Positions 30,430-41,313 of a DNA stretch of 64,000 bases are shown here, one piece after another. The notes under the pieces were generated by a model. That model ran no database searches. It had not been told where the DNA came from and saw only the letters and a program-made list of their open reading frames with translations. The DNA is from an uncultured Candidatus Saccharibacteria bacterium. Its GTDB lineage: Bacteria > Patescibacteriota > CALEFQ01. Made by a program: the position numbers and the translations under genes. The stretch lies in assembly GCA_965230955.1 (NCBI GenBank), contig OZ246404.1:289184-353183 (forward strand), in the 5' to 3' direction. Each line of letters begins with the position of its first letter. Positions within the stretch are counted from its first letter, which is position 1.

Positions 30430-30572
30430 TTCCCGCTATTTTGCTTCGAATTTTATTTAAAAAGCGAGGTCGAAACTCGCTTTTTAATATAATTGATTAA
30501 TTGCCGGTATCGGGACGAATGTTTATGGGCCATAAAAAAACCACCAACGTGGAGGTTGGTGGTTTTTACTGA

Positions 30573-31139
30573 TTATAGATCAGCGGAAGATGTCTTATAC
30601 ACAGTTACGGTCACCAGTGTTTTTTCAGTGAAGCTTACGCCGACCGACATGGTTCTCTCACCTTTAGTGGCGGTGTAATTCACGTATTTTTCGGCGCCTG
30701 AGCCCCAGGTATCCGTGGCATCAATGGTCCAGCCATTGGATTCGATTTGGGCTTTGTACCAGTCGGAGACTTTATCGACGCTGTCATCGGTCTCAAAAGT
30801 AGCGGAAGCGGAATCAGCATCTTCGCCGGAACCGACATGAGAAAAAGTCAGGGTCTTTTGGGCGTACAACGGCACGTCAGTCGGAAAATTCTTGGGCAGT
30901 TCAGAGGAGCCGAAGCTCATGGTGCCTTCTTCAGAGGTGATGGTCAGTGAATTGTCGGCTGAATTGACATCAACTTTTTCGCCGGTCGCTTTTTCCAGAA
31001 TTCGTTCGGTAGCGAGATCGGTAGTTTGCTCGGAAACCGCTTTCTGCAACGGATTGGTGCAGCCGGTGGCCGTCAGGGTAAAAATGGTGGCGACAGTCGC
31101 CAAACTCATGATGAGGGTCGTTTTTTTTGACATAAACAT
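30573..31139 (-). CDS. Putative lipoprotein
   Basis: Lipobox-like ATGC; 'LPKNFPTDVPLY'. Confidence 0.65.
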   Translation of the reverse strand: MFMSKKTTLIMSLATVATIFTLTATGCTNPLQKAVSEQTTDLATERILEKATGEKVDVNSADNSLTITSEEGTMSFGSSELPKNFPTDVPLYAQKTLTFSHVGSGEDADSASATFETDDSVDKVSDWYKAQIESNGWTIDATDTWGSGAEKYVNYTATKGERTMSVGVSFTEKTLVTVTVYKTSSADL

Positions 31140-31242
31140 TGGAATGCCGGTACTGCCGGTCTAGTTAGAACCTAAAACAGTACTGACTAAATTAAGCTGA
31201 CTGAGGCAGTTTAGCATAAGTGATAGAATTCTGCCAGCTCGC

Positions 31243-31301
31243 TTGACAGGTGCCGGCGAATAACTATAATGAATTTAGCACTCACCGCTTTCGAGTGCTA
31301 A
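31243..31301 (+). promoter_or_regulatory. Sigma70 promoter and CIRCE element
   Basis: TTGACA 31243-48, TATAAT 31265-70; TTAGCACTC-N9-GAGTGCTAA 31275-31301. Confidence 0.97.
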
Positions 31302-31349
31302 TAAAGGCCGCTGTCGCTTTACCTGAGCGGACATCGGCGGATAAACGAT

Positions 31350-32117
31350 ATGACTGATCGACAAAAAGCCATTCTGGGAGCGATTGTCCGCGAATATACC
31401 GAAACAGCGGAACCTGTCGGGTCAAAAGTGCTTGTGGAAAAGTACTTCTTTAAGCTCTCGCCGGCTACGATTCGAAATGAAATGAAAGTGCTCGAAGAAG
31501 AAAAATTCATTGAGCAGCCGCATACATCCGCCGGCCGGGTGCCTACCAGCCGCGGTTATCGATTTTTTGTCGATACCATGATCAATTATGTCGATCTGGC
31601 GCGGCGCGAGCAGGTTAAATTTGAAACCAAGTTAAAGCAGATTCGTCTCGGTTACGACCGGGTTTTGAAAGAAGCGGCGAATATGATGGCCAAAATTTCC
31701 GGTAACGCTGCCTTGACGGAGACGGACCGCGAACACGCTTTCTGTTCCGGTATCGCGAATTTGCTGCATTTGCCGGAATTTTCCAATGTGGAAAAGGCTT
31801 GCAAGCTGGCAGAAGTTTTTGAACGCTTGAGCGAAGAGATTCCGGAAATCGAGCACAAAAAACCGGCGGCCAAAACGGGTGAAGTGGTTGTCTATATCGG
31901 CGCCGAAACAAAATTAACCAAAGAACTGGATTGCAGCTTGGTGATTTCCAATTATCAATTGCCGTCGGGGGAGACGGGGCATATCGCTATTATGGGGCCG
32001 ACGCGCATGAAGTACGATAAAAATATTTCCCTGGTCCGTTATTTGTCCAAACTGCTGGGCAGCACTATTTTCCCGGTTTTAGCGATAGTCATTTTAGACG
32101 CGACTAATGTTATCTAA
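31350..32117 (+). CDS. hrcA: Heat-inducible repressor HrcA (short form)
   Basis: PVGSK, SPATIRNEM, QPHTSAGRVPT, GPTRM.Y. Confidence 0.93.
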   Translation: MTDRQKAILGAIVREYTETAEPVGSKVLVEKYFFKLSPATIRNEMKVLEEEKFIEQPHTSAGRVPTSRGYRFFVDTMINYVDLARREQVKFETKLKQIRLGYDRVLKEAANMMAKISGNAALTETDREHAFCSGIANLLHLPEFSNVEKACKLAEVFERLSEEIPEIEHKKPAAKTGEVVVYIGAETKLTKELDCSLVISNYQLPSGETGHIAIMGPTRMKYDKNISLVRYLSKLLGSTIFPVLAIVILDATNVI

Positions 32118-32122
32118 TCAAT

Positions 32123-32623
32123 ATGGTTATCAAGAAACCCGCCGATGCTTCGCCGGCCGCTATGCGTAAATTGGAATCGGAACTGAAGAAATTTCGCGAT
32201 TTGGCTGAGGAAAATCTGCGTGGTTGGCAGCGCGCCCGGGCGGATTATCAGAACTTGCTCAAACAATCGGCGCGGGAAAAAGACGACTGGGTGAACACCG
32301 CCAACGAACAATTGATTCTGGAAATCTTGCCGGTGCTGGATAATTTCAATCATGCTCTCAAGCACTTGTCGCCGGAGGCCGCTCGGCAGGATTGGGTAAA
32401 AGGAATATTATTCATCAAAACTCAGTTGGAAAATGTTCTTTCGGCTCAGGGCGTTTCCCCGCTGAAATCATGGCATCAGCCGTTTGATCCGCATCGACAC
32501 GAAGCGGTGGAAACGGTGCCTGGCCCGAGAGAGTTAAAGGATAAGGTGGTGGAAGAACTGCAAAAGGGTTATTTGCGCCAAGGCCGAGTGATTCGGGCGG
32601 CGCGAGTGAAAGTAGGAGGCTAA
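32123..32623 (+). CDS. grpE: Nucleotide exchange factor GrpE
   Basis: RARADYQN, LPVLDN, FDPHRHEAV, GY...GRVIRAARV. Confidence 0.93.
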   Translation: MVIKKPADASPAAMRKLESELKKFRDLAEENLRGWQRARADYQNLLKQSAREKDDWVNTANEQLILEILPVLDNFNHALKHLSPEAARQDWVKGILFIKTQLENVLSAQGVSPLKSWHQPFDPHRHEAVETVPGPRELKDKVVEELQKGYLRQGRVIRAARVKVGG

Positions 32624-32681
32624 CCAGATTATTTATTAAAAGTTTAATCCCGTCCCGGGATTAAACAGCAAGCTAAATATC

Positions 32682-34568
32682 ATGTCAAAAATTCTCGGAA
32701 TCGATTTGGGGACGACTTTTTCCGCCATGTCCGTCGTCGAAGGCGGTAACTCCAAAATTGTCGAAAACAAAGAGGGCAATCGTACTACTCCTTCGGTAGT
32801 GGCGATGAGCAAATCCGGCGAAAGATTGGTGGGCTTGGTGGCCAAACGCCAGGCGGCGACTAATCCGGAAAATACCATTTTCAGCGCCAAGCGTTTTATC
32901 GGCCGCCGGTATTCCGATCCGGAAGTCCAGCGCGATAAGGAGCTGGTGCCGTTTGAGGTTCGGGAAGGGCGAGATAACGGCGTCGAAATCAAAATGGGCG
33001 ATAAATGGTTTACCCCGCCGGAAATTTCTGCGATGGTTTTGCAGAAGCTAAAGGCCGATGCGGAAGCCAAGCTCGGGACTACGATCAAAGAGGCGATTAT
33101 TACCGTGCCGGCTTATTTCGATGATTCTCAGCGCCAGGCGACCAAGGACGCCGGCAAGATCGCCGGTTTTGACGTGAAGAGAATTATCAACGAGCCGACG
33201 GCGGCGGCGCTGGCTTACGGCTTCGATAAAAAGAAAAATGAAAAGATCGTCATCTACGATTTGGGCGGCGGTACTTTTGATGTCTCTGTCCTGGAAGTCG
33301 GCGATGATACGGTGGAAGTAAAAGCCTCGACGGGCGACACCCACCTGGGTGGCGATGATTTTGACCAGATGATCATGGGGTGGATTTTGGATGAATTCAA
33401 GAAAGATCAGGGAATTGATTTGAAAAAGGATCAGCAGGCTCTGCAACGCGTCAAAGAAGCGGCGGAAAAGGCCAAATGCGAATTGTCGACTACGAATGAA
33501 ACCGAAATCAATCAGCCTTTCATCACGGTGGATTCTTCCGGTCCCAAGCATTTGAACATGAAGCTCACTCGGGCGAAATTGGAAGAACTGGTGGCTGATC
33601 TGGTGGAAAAAACCATGATCCCTCTCAAGAAAGCTTTGGAGGAATCCAAATTAGATAAGAACCAGATTGATGAAGTGGTTTTGGTCGGCGGGCAGACTCG
33701 CATGCCGAAAATTCAGCAAGTGGTGAAAGAATTTTTCGGCAAAGAACCGAACAAATCGATCAATCCGGATGAGGTTGTGGCGCTGGGCGCGGCTCTCCAG
33801 GGCGGTGTGATGCAGGGAGATGTCAAAGATGTCTTACTGCTTGATGTCACGCCTCTGTCTCTCGGCATTGAAACGCTGGGCCGGGTTAATACGACGCTGA
33901 TCGGTAAAAATACTACTATTCCGACATCGAAAACCCAGATTTTTTCCACAGCTTCTGACAACCAGCCCTCGGTGGAAATAAATGTTCTCCAGGGCGAACG
34001 GCCGATGGCCGCGGATTGCAAATCTCTCGGGCGCTTTGTGCTGGATGGCATCCCGCCGTCGCCTCGGGGCGTGCCGCAGATTGAAGTTAAATTCGATATT
34101 GACGCCAACGGCATCCTGAACGTTTCCGCGCTGGACAAAGCGACCAATAAGAAACAGCACATCACTATTACCGCTTCTTCCGGCTTGACCGACGCCGAAA
34201 TTGAAAAGATGCGCAAAGATGCCGAAGTCCATGCCGGCGAGGATAAAAAGAAACGCGAATTGATCGAAGAAAAAAATAAAGCCGAATCTTTGATTTTTCA
34301 GACTGAAAAAGTTCTGAAAGATGCGGGCGGTAAAGTCGATGACAAGATAAAGAAATCTGTTCAGGAAAAGGTGGATGCCCTGAAAAAGGTCAAAGACGGT
34401 GACGATACGGAAAAGATAAAGAAAGCGGCGGATGAATTATCCGTTGAAATCCAAAAGGTCGGATCACAAATGTACCAATCCGCCCAGGGAGCGGCGGCGG
34501 GCAAGGGCGGTCAACCGGGGAAAGATGAACCGGTTCAGGGGAAGGTGAAGGACGACAAAAAGAAATAA
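32682..34568 (+). CDS. dnaK: Chaperone DnaK
   Basis: [29 protein letters not shown]. Confidence 0.98.
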   Translation: MSKILGIDLGTTFSAMSVVEGGNSKIVENKEGNRTTPSVVAMSKSGERLVGLVAKRQAATNPENTIFSAKRFIGRRYSDPEVQRDKELVPFEVREGRDNGVEIKMGDKWFTPPEISAMVLQKLKADAEAKLGTTIKEAIITVPAYFDDSQRQATKDAGKIAGFDVKRIINEPTAAALAYGFDKKKNEKIVIYDLGGGTFDVSVLEVGDDTVEVKASTGDTHLGGDDFDQMIMGWILDEFKKDQGIDLKKDQQALQRVKEAAEKAKCELSTTNETEINQPFITVDSSGPKHLNMKLTRAKLEELVADLVEKTMIPLKKALEESKLDKNQIDEVVLVGGQTRMPKIQQVVKEFFGKEPNKSINPDEVVALGAALQGGVMQGDVKDVLLLDVTPLSLGIETLGRVNTTLIGKNTTIPTSKTQIFSTASDNQPSVEINVLQGERPMAADCKSLGRFVLDGIPPSPRGVPQIEVKFDIDANGILNVSALDKATNKKQHITITASSGLTDAEIEKMRKDAEVHAGEDKKKRELIEEKNKAESLIFQTEKVLKDAGGKVDDKIKKSVQEKVDALKKVKDGDDTEKIKKAADELSVEIQKVGSQMYQSAQGAAAGKGGQPGKDEPVQGKVKDDKKK

Positions 34569-34587
34569 CAGTCGTTAATAATGTTCC

Positions 34588-34630
34588 GGTAGGGGCAGGC
34601 CCCGCCGATTCGGCGGGGGCCGCCCCTACC
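34588..34630. repeat. GTAG-type REP-like palindrome enclosing a CCCGCCG-ATT-CGGCGGG hairpin
   Basis: GGTAGGGGC ... GCCCCTACC. Confidence 0.75.
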
Positions 34631-34651
34631 AATGCAAAAAACCACTATCAA

Positions 34652-35608
34652 ATGACCATCGGCATCCCGCGCGCGGGACTTTACTATTTATATTATCCGT
34701 TTTGGAAAGCGTTTCTCGAAACGCTGGGTTTTACTGTTGTCTTGTCCGCTCCGACCAATCGCAATCTTTTGGAAGCGGGGTTGAAGGTGGCCAACAGCGA
34801 AACTTGTTTACCGATGAAATTACTGTACGGCCATATTCTGGATTTGCGCGGACGAGTTGATGCTGTTTTCTTGCCTCAAATGGATGAATGTCGTTGGGGA
34901 GAAGGCACTTACGGGACTTCGACTTACTTTTGCCCTTATTTTGTCGGTTTGGCGGATGTGATGGAAGCGGAATTTCCCGATCTGAAAATTTTGCGACCGG
35001 TCATGATGTTGCATGATAATGAGATAGTGTCCGAGACTTGGCTGGAATTCGGCCGTTCTCTCGGGAAAAAACCGGCTCTGGTGAAACAAGCCTTTGAAAC
35101 GGCGAATCGTGTTTATCGGTTATTTATCGACGAGCGCGAGAAACACAAACGGACGCCGATAGAAATTTTGGAGAAGCAGAAGCTGAACACGGGTAATTTT
35201 CGGAAGACGATTGCCTTGGTCGGACGTCCTTATCTCGTGTATGAAAGCGCGGCCAATTTGGAAATTATCAAAAAAATCAATCAGCGCGGCTATCGGGTCG
35301 AGACCATGGAAATGGTGTCCCTGGCCGACAGCCGGAGTGGTTTGCGGCAACTGCCTTATGCCCAGCGATCGCACTGGTACCAAACAAATGAAGAATACGG
35401 ATCGCTGATTCATTTTGGCCGGCGGTCCGATATCAAGGGAATCATTTATCTGGTGCCGTTCAATTGCGGTCCTGATTTCATGCTGGAAGAAGTTGTCATT
35501 TCCGACTTGCGTAAGCGAAAACCGGTGGCTATAATTTCCATCGATGAATCTACCGGCGAGGCCGGGCTGACGACGAGATTGGATGCCTTCCTTGATATGC
35601 TAAAGTAA
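34652..35608 (+). CDS. Acyl-CoA dehydratase activase-related (DUF2229-like) subunit, paralog of 15714
   Basis: IGIPR, TCLPMK..YGH, FCPYF, FNCGPD, DESTGEAGLTTRLDAF. Confidence 0.85.
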   Translation: MTIGIPRAGLYYLYYPFWKAFLETLGFTVVLSAPTNRNLLEAGLKVANSETCLPMKLLYGHILDLRGRVDAVFLPQMDECRWGEGTYGTSTYFCPYFVGLADVMEAEFPDLKILRPVMMLHDNEIVSETWLEFGRSLGKKPALVKQAFETANRVYRLFIDEREKHKRTPIEILEKQKLNTGNFRKTIALVGRPYLVYESAANLEIIKKINQRGYRVETMEMVSLADSRSGLRQLPYAQRSHWYQTNEEYGSLIHFGRRSDIKGIIYLVPFNCGPDFMLEEVVISDLRKRKPVAIISIDESTGEAGLTTRLDAFLDMLK

Positions 35609-35612
35609 TTAT

Positions 35613-36773
35613 ATGATTTACGCTTCTTATCCGGCGCTCAACGAATACTTGGCCATGCGGGCTATGTTTCAATTTTTCGGCAAAAAATTTGCCGATTTGC
35701 CGCCGATTACCGATGAAATGCTGACCTGGGGTGAAGCCAAATCGCCGGAGTATGCTTGCTTGCCTTTTAAGATTTATCTCGCTTTTTGCCGGGAATTGGC
35801 TCGCCGAGGGATTAATGCTTTCTTTGTTCACGGTATCAGAAATATCCGCGCTTGCCGGTATATAGATTTATGGGAGGGAATTCAGAAAATAGTTCGGCGC
35901 GAGGGCTACCCTGATTTCACGGTTTATTCCTGGAGCGGTTATGGAGCGAAAAAATCATTCCAGACTTTACAAGAAATCATGGGCGGTCCGTCATACGCCA
36001 AAATGATTATCGGCGTTCTGGTATATTGCGCGACGCTTGATGCGACCGACCGTTTGAATGACTTGGCCAATGCCGCCCGGCCGCGGGAAATAATCGCCGG
36101 CAGCGTCGATAAGTGGCTGAGTGGCTGGCTGAAAAAGTTAGAAGCGGTTAATCGCAAAAGCCAACCGCCCCGGATTGTCGCGGCGGCTCGGAAGGATTTC
36201 AAAAAAATCAAACTGGATCAATCTCGTCCGATCGTTCGGGTGGCCTTGGCCGGTGATCTTTTCAAAATTCATGAACCGTTTTTCAATTTCGACACTATCC
36301 GGAAATTGAATCGTCTGGGAGTGGAGGTAAAACAGCCCCAGTCTTTTTCCCTGCTCTTCATGGGCGATAACAAAATTTGGCCGGGCGGTTATTATCATCG
36401 CCAAATCGCGAAATGCAAGAAAAAATCCAAGAAATATTTGAAATCCATCCCGGGCTCTTATTTGGATGTCGGCATCGGAGAAATTGTCGATCAATTGGAC
36501 GAGGGAGCGCAAGGCGTGGTGCATTTCCAATCTTTTGGCTGCATGCCCGATATTATGTTAAAACCGATCTTGGATCGGATCGCCAGAGATTATAAAGTTC
36601 CGATTATTCACTATATGCGCGATACTCATGCTTCGGACGCGGCCTACCAGACTCGTTTGGAAGCTTTTGCCGATTTATTAAAGCGAAAGGAACTAAATAA
36701 TAAAAATCAGAAGTACGAAATTAGAAATTCGAAACAATATTCAAATTCTAAGCACGGAAACCCCGGTGTTTAG
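35613..36773 (+). CDS. 2-hydroxyacyl-CoA dehydratase D-like subunit, paralog of 16618
   Basis: ACLPFK, ACRY, RPRE, FGCMPD, QTRLEAF. Confidence 0.8.
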   Translation: MIYASYPALNEYLAMRAMFQFFGKKFADLPPITDEMLTWGEAKSPEYACLPFKIYLAFCRELARRGINAFFVHGIRNIRACRYIDLWEGIQKIVRREGYPDFTVYSWSGYGAKKSFQTLQEIMGGPSYAKMIIGVLVYCATLDATDRLNDLANAARPREIIAGSVDKWLSGWLKKLEAVNRKSQPPRIVAAARKDFKKIKLDQSRPIVRVALAGDLFKIHEPFFNFDTIRKLNRLGVEVKQPQSFSLLFMGDNKIWPGGYYHRQIAKCKKKSKKYLKSIPGSYLDVGIGEIVDQLDEGAQGVVHFQSFGCMPDIMLKPILDRIARDYKVPIIHYMRDTHASDAAYQTRLEAFADLLKRKELNNKNQKYEIRNSKQYSNSKHGNPGV

Positions 36774-36824
36774 ACATTTTATTTATGATTTATGATTTGT
36801 TTCTGATTTCTAATTTCGGATTTC
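36703..36824. repeat. AAATTCG-type heptamer inverted array overlapping the gene 3' end
   Basis: AAATCAG AAGTACG AAATTAG AAATTCG ... GATTTCT AATTTCG GATTTC. Confidence 0.7.
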
Positions 36825-36852
36825 TTGCTTTATTTCATTAAAGAAATTAATT

Positions 36853-37833
36853 ATGCCTAAATCTTTTTTGGGAGTCGATGTCGGTTCGGTCAGTTGCAAT
36901 GTAATTGCGATTGATGAATCCGGTAAACTTTTAGCCAAAACTTATATTCGCACCCATGGCCAGCCGATTCAGGCGATCAAAAAAGGCGTGGCGGAAATTG
37001 AGCCGAAACTGAAAGATTATACCGTCGCCGGCGTAGGAACTACCGGGAGCGGCCGCAATCTCGCCGGAGTTTTGGTCGGGGCAGATGTCGTCAAAAACGA
37101 AATTACGGCGCATGCGGTCGCTGCCGCCAAAGAAATACCGGACGTGAGTACTGTTTTGGAAATAGGCGGCCAAGATTCAAAAATTATCATCCTGCGCGAC
37201 GGCATCGTGACCGATTTTGCTATGAATACAGTCTGTGCCGCCGGTACCGGCTCATTTTTGGATCAGCAGTGCGGTCGATTGGGAATTCAAATTGAAGATT
37301 TCGGCGATTTGGCCCTGCAATCAAAAACCAACGTCAATATTGCCGGCCGGTGCACGGTTTTTGCCGAATCGGACATGATCCACAAACAGCAGACCGGCGC
37401 CAGCCGCGAAGATATTATCCGCGGCTTGTGCGAAGCTCTGGTGCGCAATTACTTGAACAATGTCGCGAAAGGCAAGGATATCCAGGAAACGGTTGTTTTC
37501 CAGGGTGGAGTGGCCGCCAATAAAGGGATCAAAGCCGAATTTGAAAAGGCCTTGAAAAAAAAGGTGATCATTCCCAAAAACTTTGATGTTATGGGGGCGA
37601 TTGGTGCCGCAATTTTGGCGCAGGAATCGGCGCCGGTTCAGACAAAGTTCAAAGGTTTTAATATCGCCCAAACTGAATTCAAGACAACCGCTTTCCAGTG
37701 CCTCGATTGCGCCAATAAATGTGAAGTGGTGGAATTTCGCGAGAATGGCAAAGTTATTGCCCGGTGGGGTGACCGTTGCGGCAAATGGAGCGAAAATTTG
37801 GGCAAAAATCCGGCGGATAAAATAGAAAAGTAA
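36853..37833 (+). CDS. CoA-substrate-specific enzyme activase (HgdC/BcrA-D ATPase, 4Fe-4S)
   Basis: GVDVGS, TTGSGR, NEITAH, IGGQDSK, CAAGTGSFL, RCTVFAES, C-terminal CLDCANKC...DRC. Confidence 0.92.
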   Translation: MPKSFLGVDVGSVSCNVIAIDESGKLLAKTYIRTHGQPIQAIKKGVAEIEPKLKDYTVAGVGTTGSGRNLAGVLVGADVVKNEITAHAVAAAKEIPDVSTVLEIGGQDSKIIILRDGIVTDFAMNTVCAAGTGSFLDQQCGRLGIQIEDFGDLALQSKTNVNIAGRCTVFAESDMIHKQQTGASREDIIRGLCEALVRNYLNNVAKGKDIQETVVFQGGVAANKGIKAEFEKALKKKVIIPKNFDVMGAIGAAILAQESAPVQTKFKGFNIAQTEFKTTAFQCLDCANKCEVVEFRENGKVIARWGDRCGKWSENLGKNPADKIEK

Positions 37834-37859
37834 ATTAGTTAATTGGGAGATAAAATGAT

Positions 37860-38597
37860 ATGGAAGTTGCCGGCCGCGAAAAATTTACCACGTTAGTCAT
37901 ATTCCTGTTGTCGGTAATTATCGTTTTGGCGGGAGCGGTTGTTTTTCTCTGGCGGGCCGCCGATCAATCGTTGGTCAACCGCTCTAAACAAGCCGAAGCC
38001 AGCGTGGTCGGTGTCGTGGCTACTAAAAACGTTGAAGAATCGTCCGGTCTTTTCTTCGGCGGCGCGGTGAACAGCGATGTTTTGGAGGCGGCCGGCGGGG
38101 GGACGGGATTTTTTGTCAGCCCCGAAGGCTTAATCGCCACCAATGACCATATCTTGGCTGGAGAAAATTACACGGCTGTTACCGCGTCCGGAGAAAAATT
38201 TCCGGCTCGAGTGATCCGGCAGTTTCCCGAAAAAGATATCGCCTTTTTGAAAATAGACGGCGGTACTTGGCCGGCAGTGGAATTTAAATTGTTACCCCCG
38301 GTGGTTAAGGGACAAAAAGTTTTTTCCCTGGGGAATAGTCTCGGATACTATTCCGGCACGCTGCATACGGGCGTGGTTTCAGCGCCTAATCGAAGGATCG
38401 AGAAGAATGGCCTGTCTTTTGAGGAGATGGTTCAGGTGGAAATGCATATTGCCGAAGGTGATTCCGGTGCTCCGTTGTTTGACGAGACCGGTCGGGTGAT
38501 TGGAATGTTGACGGCCTTTGATGATCGAGCCGAGGGTTTGGCCTTTGCCATCCCCGGCCGCCGGATTGTCGAGGCTTTAGATCTTCTGGAAGAGTAA
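37860..38597 (+). CDS. Membrane-anchored trypsin-like serine protease without PDZ
   Basis: GTGF, TNDH, DIA, GDSGAPL. Confidence 0.85.
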   Translation: MEVAGREKFTTLVIFLLSVIIVLAGAVVFLWRAADQSLVNRSKQAEASVVGVVATKNVEESSGLFFGGAVNSDVLEAAGGGTGFFVSPEGLIATNDHILAGENYTAVTASGEKFPARVIRQFPEKDIAFLKIDGGTWPAVEFKLLPPVVKGQKVFSLGNSLGYYSGTLHTGVVSAPNRRIEKNGLSFEEMVQVEMHIAEGDSGAPLFDETGRVIGMLTAFDDRAEGLAFAIPGRRIVEALDLLEE

Positions 38598-38633
38598 GTT
38601 ATAAGCCTTTCATCGATAACTATAAATAATCAG

Positions 38634-39896
38634 ATGGAAAATCAAACTGCTAATAATTTTTCCGCTTCCGGCAATGTTTCGGGCAACTTGCCTTCCGGCT
38701 CGAAGCCTAAAACTCCCTGGACGGGCGTGATTATTTTATCGTTGGTTGTCAGTTTTGTCGTCAGTTCCACGGTGGGGTATCTGACCGGCGGCAAAATCGG
38801 CAATCTATTCAATAAAAATTCGGTGCGGGGAGAGATTCCTGGATTGACCACGGTAGTCGATCAAGCGCAAGAGGAATCGGCTGTTATTTCCGCCGTGGAA
38901 AAAGCGCAGTCGGCCGTGGTGAGTATTGTAGTGACCAAGGATCTGAGCAAGCTGTATCAGGAAAATAATTCTTTTTCCCCTTTTATGTTCCAACTGCCGA
39001 GTTCCGGACAGGATCAAAAACAGGAAATCGGCGGCGGTACGGGTTTCTTCTTGAGTTCCGACGGATTGGTTTTGACCAACCGTCACGTGGTAGCTGATGA
39101 CACGGCCGAGTATACCGCGATCACCCCGGACGGTACCCGCTATGACCAGGTCAGAGTGCTGGCGCGCGATTCGGTTAATGATATGGCTTTGCTGAAAGTG
39201 GAGGGCGATAATTTTCCCACCGTTGAACTGGGTGATTCCAGCAATCTGAAAGTCGGCCAGACCGTTATCGCCATCGGCAATACTTTGGGCGAGTATCAAA
39301 ATTCCGTGACCCAGGGCATTGTGAGCGGTTTGGGAAGAAGTATCACGGCCGGCGGCAGTTATGGTCAATCCTCAGAACGTTTGACCGATATCATACAAAC
39401 CGATGCCGCCATTAATTCCGGCAATTCCGGCGGACCGCTGGTAAATCTGGCCGGGCAGGTAATCGGGGTTAATACCGCGGTGGATTTTTCCGGACAATCG
39501 GTGGGATTCGCTCTGCCGATCAATAGCCTAAAGCCTGAAATTCAAAGCGTTAAAGAGCAAGGCAAGATTATCCGTCCGTATCTCGGGGTGCGATATGTTT
39601 TACTGAATGATCAAATTTCCAAACAAAATAATTTGCCGGTGAATTACGGCGCTTTGCTGATTCGGGGGCAAAAAATTTCCGATCTGGCTATTTTACCCGG
39701 AAGCCCGGCCGATAAAGCCGGCCTAGAAGAAAATGACATTGTGCTGGAAATCAACGGCCAGCGTTTGGATGAAAATAACGACTTGACAGCCGAGATAAAT
39801 AAATTTAAGGTTAGCGATCAAGTCAAACTCAAGGTCTGGCATGACGGCAAGGAAAAAGAAGTAACGGTGAATTTACAGGAACGGCCCAATCAATAG
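38634..39896 (+). CDS. HtrA/DegP-family serine protease with PDZ domain
   Basis: TNRHV, QTDAAINSGNSGGPL, RPYLGV, SPADKAGL. Confidence 0.92.
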   Translation: MENQTANNFSASGNVSGNLPSGSKPKTPWTGVIILSLVVSFVVSSTVGYLTGGKIGNLFNKNSVRGEIPGLTTVVDQAQEESAVISAVEKAQSAVVSIVVTKDLSKLYQENNSFSPFMFQLPSSGQDQKQEIGGGTGFFLSSDGLVLTNRHVVADDTAEYTAITPDGTRYDQVRVLARDSVNDMALLKVEGDNFPTVELGDSSNLKVGQTVIAIGNTLGEYQNSVTQGIVSGLGRSITAGGSYGQSSERLTDIIQTDAAINSGNSGGPLVNLAGQVIGVNTAVDFSGQSVGFALPINSLKPEIQSVKEQGKIIRPYLGVRYVLLNDQISKQNNLPVNYGALLIRGQKISDLAILPGSPADKAGLEENDIVLEINGQRLDENNDLTAEINKFKVSDQVKLKVWHDGKEKEVTVNLQERPNQ

Positions 39897-39902
39897 AGGG
39901 AG

Positions 39903-40136
39903 GTGAAGGTGAGACGAGATAAAATTTCGAAAGAAGAGTATCTAGCGGATCAGCGGGGCGGGGCAACACGATTGCGCTGGCGGGCGATACGGGCGCATTT
40001 TTCCGACAAGCCGGTAGAAGCGGCTCGCTTCTGCCTCCGGCATGGTCCCTGTCCGGAAATCATTTTTACCGGCCTGGAGTTCAATGACCCGGACTGGTAC
40101 AATGAATTTTTCATGGAGTATTTTCGACGGGCCTAA
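39903..40136 (+). CDS. Small hypothetical protein
   Basis: GGAGG upstream (GTG 39909 also possible); hairpin follows. Confidence 0.45.
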   Translation: MKVRRDKISKEEYLADQRGGATRLRWRAIRAHFSDKPVEAARFCLRHGPCPEIIFTGLEFNDPDWYNEFFMEYFRRA

Positions 40137-40199
40137 AGCATCGCTTTAGGCCCTCAACCTTTTATTTTTTACCATTTTATCTGTTTAAACGCGGAGTCC

Positions 40200-41279
40200 A
40201 TGGCTAAAGATTATTACGAAATTCTAGGAGTTGCCAAAGACGCTTCCGATGACGACATCAAGCGGGCTTTTCGGAAACTGGCGCATCAGCACCATCCGGA
40301 TAAAAACGGCGGCGACGCGGAAAAATTCAAAGAAATCAACTCTGCCTACCAAGTATTGTCGGATAAACAAAAACGCGCGCAATATGACCAATTTGGTTCC
40401 TCCTTTGAAGGGGCGGGGCCGGGCGGTCCATCGGCGGGCGGTTTTGGAGGATTCGACTTTTCCAATTTCGGTGGCGCCGGCGGGGCGCAACAATTTGATT
40501 TTAGTGATTTAGGCGATATTTTTGGTGGCGTATTTGGTGGTCGGTCGCGTCGTCGATCCGGTCCGGTGCCGGGCGACGATATAGAAATGGTTGTCAATCT
40601 GGAGTTCATGGAAGCGGTTCAAGGGACTCAAAAACAATTACGCGTTTTTAAGCGAATGAATTGTTCCCATTGTCACGGAAATGGAGCGGAACCGGGGACC
40701 CCGATCGTGACCTGTACCGAATGCGGTGGGACCGGCCAAGTAACTACCGTTCGCCAAACTATTTTAGGCGCTTTTCAACAAGTCACTACTTGTCCCAAGT
40801 GTCGGGGCGAGGGAAAATCTGCTAAAAAACCGTGCCGGCAATGCGGGGGAGACGGCCGGGTGCGGGATTATGATACATTTACCGTGAAAATTCCAGCGGG
40901 TATTGATAACGGTCAGACTATTCAGCTCGACGGCCGCGGCGAAGCGGGCGAGAAGGGCGGGCCGGCGGGCGATTTATATTTGCGAATCAAGGTCAAGGCG
41001 CACGATGTTTTCCGCCGCGATGGTTTTGATATTTTTTCGCGCCAGCCGATAAGCTTCAAGCAGGCGGCGCTGGGCGATAGAATCACAGTGGCCGGATTGG
41101 AAGGGGAAGAGGAAATAAAAATCCCGGCCGGCACTCAGACCGGAACTGTTTTCAAACTGCGGGGAAAAGGGATTGTGCACCTGCACAGCACTCGGCGCGG
41201 CGATCAACTGGTGGAAGTGGTTTTGGTCACCCCCAGAAAACTGACTCGAGAACAAAGAAAAGGTCTGGAAATCTTATAA
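40200..41279 (+). CDS. dnaJ: Chaperone DnaJ
   Basis: DYYEILG, HPD, G/F region, four CxxCxGxG. Confidence 0.97.
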   Translation: MAKDYYEILGVAKDASDDDIKRAFRKLAHQHHPDKNGGDAEKFKEINSAYQVLSDKQKRAQYDQFGSSFEGAGPGGPSAGGFGGFDFSNFGGAGGAQQFDFSDLGDIFGGVFGGRSRRRSGPVPGDDIEMVVNLEFMEAVQGTQKQLRVFKRMNCSHCHGNGAEPGTPIVTCTECGGTGQVTTVRQTILGAFQQVTTCPKCRGEGKSAKKPCRQCGGDGRVRDYDTFTVKIPAGIDNGQTIQLDGRGEAGEKGGPAGDLYLRIKVKAHDVFRRDGFDIFSRQPISFKQAALGDRITVAGLEGEEEIKIPAGTQTGTVFKLRGKGIVHLHSTRRGDQLVEVVLVTPRKLTREQRKGLEIL

Positions 41280-41313
41280 ATATAAAACAGCCCGTGTCTG
41301 ATCCGGGCTGTTT

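Noticed and set aside
31140-31200. Possible structured leader upstream of the lipoprotein gene
   Set aside because: Only weak GTACTG/CAGTAC pairing and no recognisable riboswitch consensus.
33048-34632. Long antisense ORFs inside dnaK and other core genes
   Set aside because: Expected shadows of codon bias; no motifs or expression signals.
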